Source: a virus (lineage: Duplodnaviria > Caudoviricetes). From it: a stretch of DNA of 56,187 nt. The stretch is taken from the IMG/VR virus record IMGVR_UViG_3300036852_000099, positions 1 through 56,187 of that record; one strand, given 5' to 3'. Of this stretch, positions 47,630 to 56,187 are shown piece by piece (the stretch's first letter is position 1; every line of letters begins with the position of its first letter). The notes beneath the pieces are model-generated. The model made no database searches. It had not been told where the DNA came from and was given only the letters and a program-made list of their open reading frames with translations. The translations under genes were made by a program, and so were the position numbers.

Positions 47630-48723
47630 AGGTCTTCCCCTGTCTCGACTACCTGAAATCCCTCGCCACCTGTGCCGACCAGCGACACCGGAGTACCAAA
47701 CCGCGCTTCCACGTAGTCGATGAATGCACGGGCGGTCTGGCTGAGTTCATGCTCCAGGGTCTTGCCACGATCCTGAGGACTGATGTAGTCCATGAAGGTG
47801 ATCGCGATGGAAGTAGGTGCGTTTAACAGCACTGACTGGTCGACCAAATCCTCGTCCCACCGACCAACACGGCGTACCTTTTTGGTGACGGTGGTCTTTT
47901 CCACGACTGTCTCACCAATTAACTCCGACAGTTGATCCCACGTTACCTCATCCTTCAGGTCACCACTGTTCCCAGCCACACGGATAGGGTAGGTGCGGCA
48001 TACCAGCATTACCTGATCCACGTGCTGGGGCGGGATGCCAGCATCAGCGGCCATCTGTGCGGCGTTCGTGCCGTTGCTGGTCACATATGGCCACTGGCCA
48101 TGAATAAGGTCGAGACCACTGCCCTGTGTACCCTCCAGGAGGATATCTTGGCCGAGGTTGCGCTGCTGCTGCAGGTAGCGCGGGGTGTCGTCGTGGAGGC
48201 ACTGCGACAGCTTACTGCCATCGCTGAACTCAACATCACCCTCCTGTTTGATGTACTCGGCAACAGTCAGGAACTTCAGCGGATCGCGCATCAGGCGATC
48301 ACGTCGTGCTGCACCGACACCCTTACCAGTCGAACCGATACGCTGGTGTAGCTCACCCTGTACACCTCCTTCCTCGTCCATGTGCCATTGGGATATCACC
48401 CCACAGCGGCTGTCCACGATCAGGCGGTGGGTGAAATACGGGTCGATTTCCAGTATCTCGTTAACTTCGCGTTTCAGGATGTCCATCTCGATCAGACCAC
48501 CCCGACCAATCACCAGGATCGCGTTAGGGTTCACCCAGCCACATGGGACAGTCTGCATGACCCGCTTCACACCCTGGTGCATGAAAGTGTGACCTGCGTT
48601 CGTGCCACCCGTCCGGACATGGACATTGTAGCGATCCGCGATATAGGCCACGATTACACCCTTGCCCTCCGACCCAAACTGCCCTCCGACTAGTGCGAGG
48701 ACGTGTCCTGTTCCTTTAGCCAT
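47626..48723 (-). CDS. purZ: 2-aminoadenylosuccinate synthetase, PurZ0 type
   Basis: PurA fold with 'GGQFGSEGKG' (Ser replaces the PurA catalytic Asp), 'NAGHT', 'IGSTGKG', 'EGTQG', 'RTYPIRVAGNSG', 'TTVTKKVRRV' and 'TFMD'. Confidence 0.88.
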   Translation of the reverse strand: MAKGTGHVLALVGGQFGSEGKGVIVAYIADRYNVHVRTGGTNAGHTFMHQGVKRVMQTVPCGWVNPNAILVIGRGGLIEMDILKREVNEILEIDPYFTHRLIVDSRCGVISQWHMDEEGGVQGELHQRIGSTGKGVGAARRDRLMRDPLKFLTVAEYIKQEGDVEFSDGSKLSQCLHDDTPRYLQQQRNLGQDILLEGTQGSGLDLIHGQWPYVTSNGTNAAQMAADAGIPPQHVDQVMLVCRTYPIRVAGNSGDLKDEVTWDQLSELIGETVVEKTTVTKKVRRVGRWDEDLVDQSVLLNAPTSIAITFMDYISPQDRGKTLEHELSQTARAFIDYVEARFGTPVSLVGTGGEGFQVVETGEDL

Positions 48724-48728
48724 TGTCT

Positions 48729-50483
48729 TTACTCCGTCATTAGTTGATAGGGCTGGAGTTCGCTCCAGCGTTTGCCGACTGAAACATCCACCTTAAACCG
48801 TACCTTCCACTCCTGGTCGGGCGGTGGTGGGATAGTGACCATAGTCTCTGCAGCGGCATCGATCAGCCAGGGCTTATCCTCCGGTATCTCCATTACTAGA
48901 CTGTCGTGAACGTGTAGTAGTTGGTGTAGACCCTCACCACGCAGGTTGCGCCACACGTTAGTAGCAGCAATCCGCATCATCTCGGCCACACCACCCTGAA
49001 TCAGGCCAGAACTGGCCGTGTTCTCGTAGTTGTGCTCATCGAATCGGCGCAGTCGTCCAGTGAACATCTGGATATACCCGTCGCGCTTGGCAGCACCCAG
49101 ACAGGCTTGGTACAGCCGCTTCATTTCGGGGTGCACCTTGTGGTACTGGTTCAGGTACTCCCTAGCCTGTTTGATGCTAACCTTCAGGTCATTCGCCAGT
49201 GCCTTGTCGCCTATGCCGTACTGCATCGAGAAGTTCAGCCGCTTTGCAGCGTCATAGTCGATGTTGACCCACGCGGCGGTTTCCTTATGGACGTTTACAC
49301 CGTTGTTGATCATGCGCAGCATATTGGTGGCGTTGGCGTAGTGTGCGCCTAGGTAGATCTCCGCCTGCTTATAGTCGGCCACCACGAACAGGTGACCAGG
49401 ACGAGCCACGAAGACCTTCTTGATGCCAGATCGCGGGTCGTTGATGTCGTCTTTGATCTGGCGTGGGATCGCCTGCAGGTTAGGCTCACTGCAGGACAAC
49501 CGACCCGTAGCCGTACCTGTCAGGTTCAGGTTAGGGTGGATCACCCCATCAGCATCCGCATGCTCCAGGAAGGCCTCGTAGTAGGCACTCTTCATTTTCA
49601 CATGGCGACGGTATCGGATGATCTCGTCTACTCCAGGTTTGTCGAGCGTTTCCAGGATATCAACAGCACTGCTACTCACACCAAAGAGAGCCTGCACCTG
49701 CTTGGGGCTGTTAGGGTTGACCGGATAGCCGACTATACGAGCCAGCGCGATCTCGGCCTCCTTCTTTCCGTCGATACTGTCGTGTATGCTCTGGCGTGTT
49801 TGTCGTTTGTCCAGCAGCATACCCCTGCGCTCAATGTCCACTACAGCCAGTTCGAAGACGTTAGTCTCCTGCCACAGCCGATACAGCCCAGAGTCCGCTA
49901 GCTTTTCAGCGTAGAAATCACGGAGTCGTCTGGTGTACAGTACGTCGTCCTCGGCATAGGCACTGACCATACTGGCAGGCAACTTCCACATCTGGCCTTT
50001 GTCACCTACGTGCATACTGGCACGGCGCTTGGTGTAGCCTGCTGCTTTCAGTGCGGCCAGCAGTTCTTCGGATTCATCCGCTGCAGTTGGGTCGATGTAC
50101 TTACGGGCGAGGTACTTCAGGGCGTGGCTGTGTTCATTCTCGTTGTACAGGTGGGCAGCTAACATCGCGTCCTCTATCCTGGTCGGGAACGCGAATCCTT
50201 CATTCAGCAGGTACTTGATATCGAACTTACCATTCCAGAACAGCAGGGTCTTGGGCAGTGCCAGTGCCATGCGCAGCGCGTCCATCTGGCGTGGGTCAAG
50301 GTTCTCGCCTTCCCCATGCCGGAATGGGAAGTAGTAGGACTCATTATCAGCTTCTATGGCGATACCGCAGATCAGGTCACCACCATAGGTGTCCAGTCCT
50401 GTTGTTTCCAAGTCAACAGTGATACGTTCGCAGTCCCAAACGTGCACCATCGCATCATAGAAGTTGTCGCTATTTACCAGCAT
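48729..50483 (-). CDS. Family A DNA polymerase with 3'-5' exonuclease (DpoZ candidate)
   Basis: Exo motifs 'DLETTG', 'NGKFD' and 'YAEDD'; polymerase motifs 'DYKQAE', 'KRLNFSMQYG' and 'VHDS'; no 5'-3' exonuclease; adjacent to purZ. Confidence 0.92.
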   Translation of the reverse strand: MLVNSDNFYDAMVHVWDCERITVDLETTGLDTYGGDLICGIAIEADNESYYFPFRHGEGENLDPRQMDALRMALALPKTLLFWNGKFDIKYLLNEGFAFPTRIEDAMLAAHLYNENEHSHALKYLARKYIDPTAADESEELLAALKAAGYTKRRASMHVGDKGQMWKLPASMVSAYAEDDVLYTRRLRDFYAEKLADSGLYRLWQETNVFELAVVDIERRGMLLDKRQTRQSIHDSIDGKKEAEIALARIVGYPVNPNSPKQVQALFGVSSSAVDILETLDKPGVDEIIRYRRHVKMKSAYYEAFLEHADADGVIHPNLNLTGTATGRLSCSEPNLQAIPRQIKDDINDPRSGIKKVFVARPGHLFVVADYKQAEIYLGAHYANATNMLRMINNGVNVHKETAAWVNIDYDAAKRLNFSMQYGIGDKALANDLKVSIKQAREYLNQYHKVHPEMKRLYQACLGAAKRDGYIQMFTGRLRRFDEHNYENTASSGLIQGGVAEMMRIAATNVWRNLRGEGLHQLLHVHDSLVMEIPEDKPWLIDAAAETMVTIPPPPDQEWKVRFKVDVSVGKRWSELQPYQLMTE

Positions 50484-50531
50484 GGTCGTGTCCTTTGGGT
50501 AGGGGTGGTGGCTGTCCCACCCCAATAGAGG

Positions 50532-51272
50532 CTAGTTCTCGACTGTTCCGGCTTCGCCTGCACCGAACTCATCATCCTGGTATTCTTCATCCAGTCCGGT
50601 GGTTTCCAGTTCATCCTCACGGACAGGATCGACGGGAGGCGGGGCTTGATGCACGGGTTCGGTTTTTCCAGGACGCTGGCGCGGTGGCCGACGCGGGGCT
50701 TCCGGAGACGCTGGAGCGGGTGCTCCAGGGGCGGAGGGCGGAGGCGGCATCGCAGGTCTGGGAGCGGGCGGCTGTGTCGGCTGGGTCGGCGCGGGTGGAA
50801 GCATACCGCCCATGCCACCGATGTGCTTTTTGCCGAGTTCGCTGTAGGGCAGCACCTGATCGATATCTGCCTGACCACGACCCTGGAACTCACGATGCTT
50901 AATCGTGATGAAGACCATGCGGTTCAGGGCATCGGGGATGCTGAATTTCAGACGACGCTCACCAGGGGCTACCAGTCCGACTGCGACGAGGCACTGTTGC
51001 AAGCGCCACATCGCCTTTTCGGACAGTACCGCGTGGAGTGACAGAACCTCACCTATCGAGTTCTGGCCAGACGGATCAGCAGCAGCGAGGATGGTGAAGT
51101 CCCACACCAGCTTCGGGTCGCCATTCTTGGTTTCGCCCTTTTCGATCTGGGCTACCTTCGCGACATACGTACCCTCAGGTACGAGGTTTTCCTCCGGCAT
51201 TTCGAAGTCGAAATCGAGGTTCTGTGGGGTGGCAGCTGCACCACCGTTAGCAAACGGGTCATTGAAAGTCAC
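50532..51272 (-). CDS. DUF669-like ssDNA-binding protein
   Basis: 'VPEGTYVAKV...ETKNG' OB-fold pattern; Pro-rich linker; acidic tail. Confidence 0.75.
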   Translation of the reverse strand: MTFNDPFANGGAAATPQNLDFDFEMPEENLVPEGTYVAKVAQIEKGETKNGDPKLVWDFTILAAADPSGQNSIGEVLSLHAVLSEKAMWRLQQCLVAVGLVAPGERRLKFSIPDALNRMVFITIKHREFQGRGQADIDQVLPYSELGKKHIGGMGGMLPPAPTQPTQPPAPRPAMPPPPSAPGAPAPASPEAPRRPPRQRPGKTEPVHQAPPPVDPVREDELETTGLDEEYQDDEFGAGEAGTVEN

Positions 51273-51316
51273 GATTCATTACTCCTGTTGTGTTTGGTCT
51301 ATTAATCGGTCAGATA

Positions 51317-52291
51317 CTACGCAGGAGACCCTTCGGTGTCCTGCAGCAAATCGTAGATATTCGCGAATGACGGGTTATCTACGCGAAGCCCAAGTTGAAT
51401 GGGAAACTGCGTACCACGTGTCTTGGCGAAGTACAGTCCGACAGGCTGAGTCAGGAAGCTGACCATAGCCTCGCCAGTAGCCTCGTTCAGTACGGTCTTG
51501 TACGAGTACCACACGTGATCGAAAAAGCCCATGATCGTGTTGCCGACCTTGGGTGTGAAGTCGGGCTTGTAGCCCAGCACGATGGGCGATTCGTCGCCCT
51601 TAGGCCGCGTGGTTTCAGTCCGTACCAGGGCGGTCACTACCACGTTGTAGGGGATCTCGCGCATCTTGCGGAAGATGCTGGTGAGTCGTTTGGTCACCTT
51701 ACCGTGATCCTCCACCCATACGTCGTACTGGTCAGTCCGCTTTTTGTTGCCGACCATCGCAGCAGCGACGACATCCTCAGTACCAAGGTTCAGGAACTCA
51801 GTACCGGAGTCTAGTACCAGGGTCTTCACTGGCTCAAGCCAGGGGTTAACGTGGTAGTTCCGACCAGCCAGCATCCAGATGATGTCCTCCATGCGATCCA
51901 GACGGTTGCGGTTGTGCCAGGGGTGATCCGGATCAGGGATATACTCATTCAGGTCGAACCGCAGGATGCGATCGGACGGTTGAACCGACAGCATACCGGA
52001 CTCCACATTGGTGAAGGCCACATCACCGATTTCCTCGGCACTAGCGCCAAAGGTGGTCTTGCCACTACCCTGCAGGCCGTACAGGAGCGCTTTCAGGTAG
52101 GCCTCCTCGCGGCGGTGGGGCTTGGGCGCTACAATCTTGGGTGCTTGCATGGCCGATCCTCTGGCCAGCATCTCCAGTGCTGCAGCGAACTCAGGCGTGG
52201 CATCCGGTGGCGGCAGGGTCACTGGTTGTTCAGGCTCTACCGCTGGTGTCACGGCTGGCTGTTCCTCGCCCACCTTAGTCTTACTTGGCAT
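51317..52291 (-). CDS. Sak4-like (AAA_24) ssDNA-annealing ATPase
   Basis: 'LLYGLQGSGKTT' and 'LVLDS'; lies between the SSB and exonuclease genes. Confidence 0.8.
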   Translation of the reverse strand: MPSKTKVGEEQPAVTPAVEPEQPVTLPPPDATPEFAAALEMLARGSAMQAPKIVAPKPHRREEAYLKALLYGLQGSGKTTFGASAEEIGDVAFTNVESGMLSVQPSDRILRFDLNEYIPDPDHPWHNRNRLDRMEDIIWMLAGRNYHVNPWLEPVKTLVLDSGTEFLNLGTEDVVAAAMVGNKKRTDQYDVWVEDHGKVTKRLTSIFRKMREIPYNVVVTALVRTETTRPKGDESPIVLGYKPDFTPKVGNTIMGFFDHVWYSYKTVLNEATGEAMVSFLTQPVGLYFAKTRGTQFPIQLGLRVDNPSFANIYDLLQDTEGSPA

Positions 52292-53384
52292 TCTCGTCCT
52301 CCTTATAAGCGTACATTGTACCAAACATCCCACGTGTGTCCATGCCCTCTAACTCGGCCATGCACAGCAGGTTCATGCGACAGTGCGCACAGTTGAACAC
52401 TGACATTGATCGGACTGCACCTCCCTTTCGTCGTCCACTTAAGCCAATCTCCTTCATGGCGGGTAGGACAACCTTCTCCCATATCGCTTTCAGTCTCCCA
52501 GCGCCACGATAGGTGACATCCAACTGGAAGAACTTCTTACCTGCTAGCTTCATCAGCATGTCACCGTACTCGGATGGGTCAAGCCCAGCCTCGACCAGTG
52601 CAGCGCTGTAGGTAGCCCAATCGGTCACTATGTCGGAACGCGACATGCTCTGGAAGCCGTGTTTATCCGGCTTGTTGAGTTTGGGTTTCTTGGGTGTAAC
52701 CGACCTGATCTGCAGCATGGCCGTAGCAGTCGCGTTGATGCCGTGCTGCTGGAGGATGTACTGGTAGATCGCAGTCTGAATGTCGTACTCAGCGCCTTCC
52801 GCTGGTGTGATCTGGGCTTTGGTCTTGAAGTCGACCACCATGACCATCCCTGTGTGCTTTTCGCGGACGACCAGATCAATATGGCAGGTCATCCCTTGCC
52901 AGTCGAACACCCGTTCCACGATGGGTTCACCATCGTACATCACCACCTCCCAGCCGTTACCGAGGTAGCGTATAGTCCTGGTGTAGACCTCCTGCGCACG
53001 TTCAACCAGAGGGAGCAGCGACACCCCGATGATGTCGTCTGGATCGAACCCGTCCGGATTCGCGTCCATGATCTCCATCAACTCGCCTAGGCGGTCTGTC
53101 TCATCCTCGTAGTCCATCTTCACATCCCGCCATGACGGGAGGATCGCGTCAGCCCATGCCTCGATAGCCGTAAGGCCTATGGTGTGGGCGTTAACGGCTG
53201 GCAGGTGCAGCACCTTGAAGTAGGCTTCTAGCCCAGCGTGTATGGCTGAACCCAAGTCCATCTTCAGAACGGGCATCAGTGGCTCGATGCGACGTTTATA
53301 GGCCAGTTCCCACTGGTACTCACATCGCGAGTGGGTGTTGATCTCCGAATAGGAAATCGGGCGTTTCTTGGGTTTGCTGGTCAC
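52281..53384 (-). CDS. PD-(D/E)XK Cas4/RecB-like exonuclease
   Basis: 'SYSE...C', 'GSAIH', 'IDLV...VDFKT', 'Q..IY' and C-terminal 'CAHC....C'. Confidence 0.85.
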   Translation of the reverse strand: MTSKPKKRPISYSEINTHSRCEYQWELAYKRRIEPLMPVLKMDLGSAIHAGLEAYFKVLHLPAVNAHTIGLTAIEAWADAILPSWRDVKMDYEDETDRLGELMEIMDANPDGFDPDDIIGVSLLPLVERAQEVYTRTIRYLGNGWEVVMYDGEPIVERVFDWQGMTCHIDLVVREKHTGMVMVVDFKTKAQITPAEGAEYDIQTAIYQYILQQHGINATATAMLQIRSVTPKKPKLNKPDKHGFQSMSRSDIVTDWATYSAALVEAGLDPSEYGDMLMKLAGKKFFQLDVTYRGAGRLKAIWEKVVLPAMKEIGLSGRRKGGAVRSMSVFNCAHCRMNLLCMAELEGMDTRGMFGTMYAYKEDENAK

Positions 53385-53854
53385 AGTCCAGCCTCCTTCA
53401 TGCGGTCTACCCACTTGGGGTCGGTTGTTAGTAGGGTACGGGCGATTTCGGGTACGTCAGCCAGCTGCAGGTCACCCTTACGCATCTTGGCTATCATGCC
53501 CTTCACCCGCATGTCGTGACCTGGAACAAACAAGCTGGCAGTCAGGCCACCACACCCGCAGTGACACTGGCGAGTAGGCTTAGGCTTGATGCCGAGTTCT
53601 CGGTCTAGTTTGAAGTTGAAGCTGTCGTTCTCGTCCCGACCCTTATCGACCATGCGTGACTTGAATGTACCAGGGTCGATAGGCGGTGGCAGGGGTGGCA
53701 GTTCGTCACCAGGGAATAGCTCCCGTGATGCACCGACATACTTAAATGTCCAGTTGCCGATCCTGCAGATGTGGTGTCCGTCTTCCTCACCGACTAACTC
53801 GGCGGTGCGTTTACCACATACTGGAAAGGGGAATGCGACGGTGCGTTGTGTCAT
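53381..53854 (-). CDS. Hypothetical protein with a 'CHCGCGG...F.PGHD' motif
   Basis: Recurrent phage Zn-binding motif; first gene after the promoter. Confidence 0.65.
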   Translation of the reverse strand: MTQRTVAFPFPVCGKRTAELVGEEDGHHICRIGNWTFKYVGASRELFPGDELPPLPPPIDPGTFKSRMVDKGRDENDSFNFKLDRELGIKPKPTRQCHCGCGGLTASLFVPGHDMRVKGMIAKMRKGDLQLADVPEIARTLLTTDPKWVDRMKEAGL

Positions 53855-53887
53855 CTGGCGTTTCCTCCGTTGTCTAAATGCGCCTCT

Positions 53888-53916
53888 ATTTTACCACAGC
53901 TTGTTTCGTTTGTCAA
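53888..53916 (-). promoter_or_regulatory. Sigma70-type extended -10 promoter of the replication/Z operon
   Basis: TTGACA-17 bp-(TGTGG)TAAAAT. Confidence 0.8.
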
Positions 53917-53929
53917 GGTGTCGCCTATA

Positions 53930-55816
53930 CTAGTGAGCTACGACCTTGTAAGAACCGTCATCCCGCTTCACCATCTTGCCCTTCTCGACCAGTTGCCGCA
54001 GGCGTTTGCTGGCTGTCGATGGTGGCAGTCCTAGTGCAGCTGTTACATCCTTACTACGAACTACGCCACCCTGCTGCACAGCTAGCTGCATGACAGCGGC
54101 TTCGTCCGTGTTCACGTCCACCGATGCAGGTGTCCGGTCATCCGTTATGCCGGATATGTCGACCTTTAGCACGTCCTCCACTGTCACGGTGTAGGTTGAG
54201 GTCTGTGTTTCGTCCACTAGGGTCGGAATGCTGATGTCCATCGACAGGGTGACTGGCAGCAGTCCTGGTGACATCTTGCCGTGCCTGAGTACCCTTACCT
54301 TATTGTCCTCTCCCTCTATGGCGCGGATTTGGATGCCAAACTCCAGCCATGCGTTGAGGAATGCGCTGCCCCATGCGTCTTGGCGTTCGATGCCACCGTT
54401 CTTGTCATTGACTTTGGCGCTGGACTTTCGGGTATGGTGCAGCACCAGGAAGGTCACACCGTAGCGTTCCCTGATCTGTTTCAGCCGTACCATCTTCTGA
54501 GCAGCTGCACTCATGTAGTCGTCAGCATCTGCGAAGGCGTACAGTGGGTCTAGGGCTACGAACGTGTACCCCTTCACCCTGATTAGCTCCTCCAGCATGT
54601 CCATGTCACCATCGTCAGCAAAGGACAGCAGGTAGTTGGCAGTCCACACATCGACCTGTGGGTTGATAGGCAAGTCCATCTCCCACACCCCTGGATCGAC
54701 CTCACGCGGGTTGTAGCGGTGGTTGTCAGCCACCATATTGGTGTAGATCGCCATGTAGCGCTGCTTCAGTAGTGCAGCACCGTCCTCGGCTTGGATCAGT
54801 AGTGCGCGGCCTTGTTTGGTCTTGTATGCCCCTAGGAATGGGTAGCCCGTGCCTATAGCGACGCAGATGCTGATCATGATCCAGGTCTTGTATGTCCCTG
54901 GTGGGGCTACCATCAGACTGGTCGAGGCCTTTGGCATCCAGCCTTCGATCATCCACTGTATCTCGTTAACTGCACCGAACAAGTCCACCATCGGTGTGAC
55001 CAGGGCATCAAGCGATGGTCGTTGGGGTGCTGCAGGGCTGTTATCCTGCCCTGGATTAACAGCTTCCTTTGTGTACACCGACTGCACACACTTCTCCACC
55101 TGTGACCAGGGGAAGCCGTTCTGGTCAGTCCGGTCATACCAGCCACGCAGGATCACCAGCGCTATATCGCGGGGTGTCCGTATGGAGGCCAAGTACCCAG
55201 CCAGCCGAGTTGCGTCGCTGTCACGACTGCCAGACTTCGAACCCTCGGATAGCAGCGTGGCCACCCAATTGGTCTGGTCGTTCTCTTCGGGTTGGTTTGC
55301 CAGCCGAGTCATGATGAGGTCGTATAGGCCACGTGGTAGTTCAGGCATGTCGCCTTCACTAGCGTAGGCGTACACTGCACCGGACGAGTGGACAGAGGGA
55401 GGTAGGATGATGAAACCACCATCAGCACGTACATCTGCACCCTGCAGGAACTTCACGCGGTTTGGTATGGTGTCGGCATAGTCGGGATAGCGATAGTACA
55501 GGTGGTATCCCTTGCCACTGCCAGACACAGCTATCTGCTGGGTTCGGTAGCCCATCAGTGAGGGCATGGCCTTTTCAGGGTCGTCCACGTCCACGACTAC
55601 GATGCCGGACACCCGACCCGTGATCGCGCCGATGTTGTAACGCGGGTTTTCAGTCCACCACTGGCGGATCTCATCCTCGGTGCTTTTCCTGGTCTGGTAC
55701 TCACGCCACGTCTCCAGGGCGGGTGCTTTGCCCCTAGGCTGGGCGGGTATTACGTTGTATCCTAGTGAGTGGTAGTGTAGGGCGATCTCAAGGTTGCTGG
55801 GTGATTTGCTGGCCAT
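53930..55816 (-). CDS. Prim-Pol primase + PriCT + AAA_25 (RecA-like) helicase + C-terminal wHTH
   Basis: 'VVVDVD', 'GYHLYY', 'DVRADGGFIILPPSVH', 'APPGTYKT', 'LDPL' and 'LHHTRK'. Confidence 0.9.
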   Translation of the reverse strand: MASKSPSNLEIALHYHSLGYNVIPAQPRGKAPALETWREYQTRKSTEDEIRQWWTENPRYNIGAITGRVSGIVVVDVDDPEKAMPSLMGYRTQQIAVSGSGKGYHLYYRYPDYADTIPNRVKFLQGADVRADGGFIILPPSVHSSGAVYAYASEGDMPELPRGLYDLIMTRLANQPEENDQTNWVATLLSEGSKSGSRDSDATRLAGYLASIRTPRDIALVILRGWYDRTDQNGFPWSQVEKCVQSVYTKEAVNPGQDNSPAAPQRPSLDALVTPMVDLFGAVNEIQWMIEGWMPKASTSLMVAPPGTYKTWIMISICVAIGTGYPFLGAYKTKQGRALLIQAEDGAALLKQRYMAIYTNMVADNHRYNPREVDPGVWEMDLPINPQVDVWTANYLLSFADDGDMDMLEELIRVKGYTFVALDPLYAFADADDYMSAAAQKMVRLKQIRERYGVTFLVLHHTRKSSAKVNDKNGGIERQDAWGSAFLNAWLEFGIQIRAIEGEDNKVRVLRHGKMSPGLLPVTLSMDISIPTLVDETQTSTYTVTVEDVLKVDISGITDDRTPASVDVNTDEAAVMQLAVQQGGVVRSKDVTAALGLPPSTASKRLRQLVEKGKMVKRDDGSYKVVAH

Positions 55817-56129
55817 TGGTGACTAGCTCCTCTTGTGCGTCTGTCCATACCCAATCGCCCTCGCCTGCCAGTAGTGCGAATATCTGATCCTGGTCGTACA
55901 GGTCAGAGTACAGGGCGATAGTCGGGATCTTGAACACCTTCGAATATGCGTGTAGTTCCTGGAATGTAGGCTTGCGGGTGGCAGGTATAGACTCGTGCCT
56001 GCTAATGGTGCTAACGTCTACCACCGTCCCGCTGTGCATGGACATCAACACAGCCAGTTCAGGCTGGGTAAGGCGCATGCACTTTCGTAACAGGGCGATG
56101 TTGTACCTGTTTCGTGGTTCTTTCGGCAT
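55788..56129 (-). CDS. XRE-family HTH protein
   Basis: 'IALLRKCMRLTQPELA...VSTISRHES'. Confidence 0.75.
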   Translation of the reverse strand: MPKEPRNRYNIALLRKCMRLTQPELAVLMSMHSGTVVDVSTISRHESIPATRKPTFQELHAYSKVFKIPTIALYSDLYDQDQIFALLAGEGDWVWTDAQEELVTNGQQITQQP

Positions 56130-56187
56130 TTAGGACTCCTCAATGGTGATAAGGCCCGTCTGTACCAGCAGATCGACCACTTCCTCC
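56130..56187 (-). CDS. 3' end of the ORF starting at 431
   Basis: Reads EEVVDLLVQTGLITIEES*, in frame with 1..431. Confidence 0.75.
   Translation of the reverse strand, partial: EEVVDLLVQTGLITIEES

Noticed and set aside
47626-48723. Ordinary purA + purB as auxiliary AMP-synthesis genes
   Set aside because: The catalytic Asp of GDEGKG is Ser, PurZ-type motifs are present, and the gene sits beside the DNA polymerase. This is disfavoured but not excluded without an assay.
52281-53384. Cas4 as evidence of CRISPR-Cas
   Set aside because: Its context (Sak4-like ATPase, SSB) is the standard phage recombination module.
55788-56129. Lysogeny repressor or prophage state
   Set aside because: There is no integrase, partition system or divergent cI/cro switch, and no host genes flank the sequence.

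Overview
The window appears to be a complete, circularly permuted ~56.2 kb genome of a tailed, siphovirus-like phage: an ORF broken at position 1 resumes in frame at the right end. I saw no integrase, so it is probably virulent. The plus strand from 16.8 to 43.6 kb carries packaging, head, tail and lysis genes. The minus strand carries replication and nucleotide genes (43.7-56.1 kb) and many small early genes (0.5-16.5 kb) behind near-identical extended -10 promoters. The main finding is an apparently self-contained, non-canonical 2-aminoadenine (Z-base) system. It comprises a PurZ0-type synthetase next to a family A polymerase, a phage-encoded adenylosuccinate lyase (PurB, a step normally supplied by the host), a dUTPase and a DUF1599/Nmad1 + nucleoside-deoxyribosyltransferase-like fusion, with no recognisable DatZ or MazZ. 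Two observations fit this: the adenine methyltransferase is frameshifted, and G/C-specified restriction sites look depleted. Other notable items are a 1,480-aa portal-2H phosphoesterase-MuF-ART-like fusion, a membrane-anchored receiver domain in the lysis module, promoter-hairpin-RBS gene cassettes with composite operator repeats, and a convergent-repeat non-coding region at 9.4-9.75 kb. All protein calls come from reading motifs by eye; no database searches were run.
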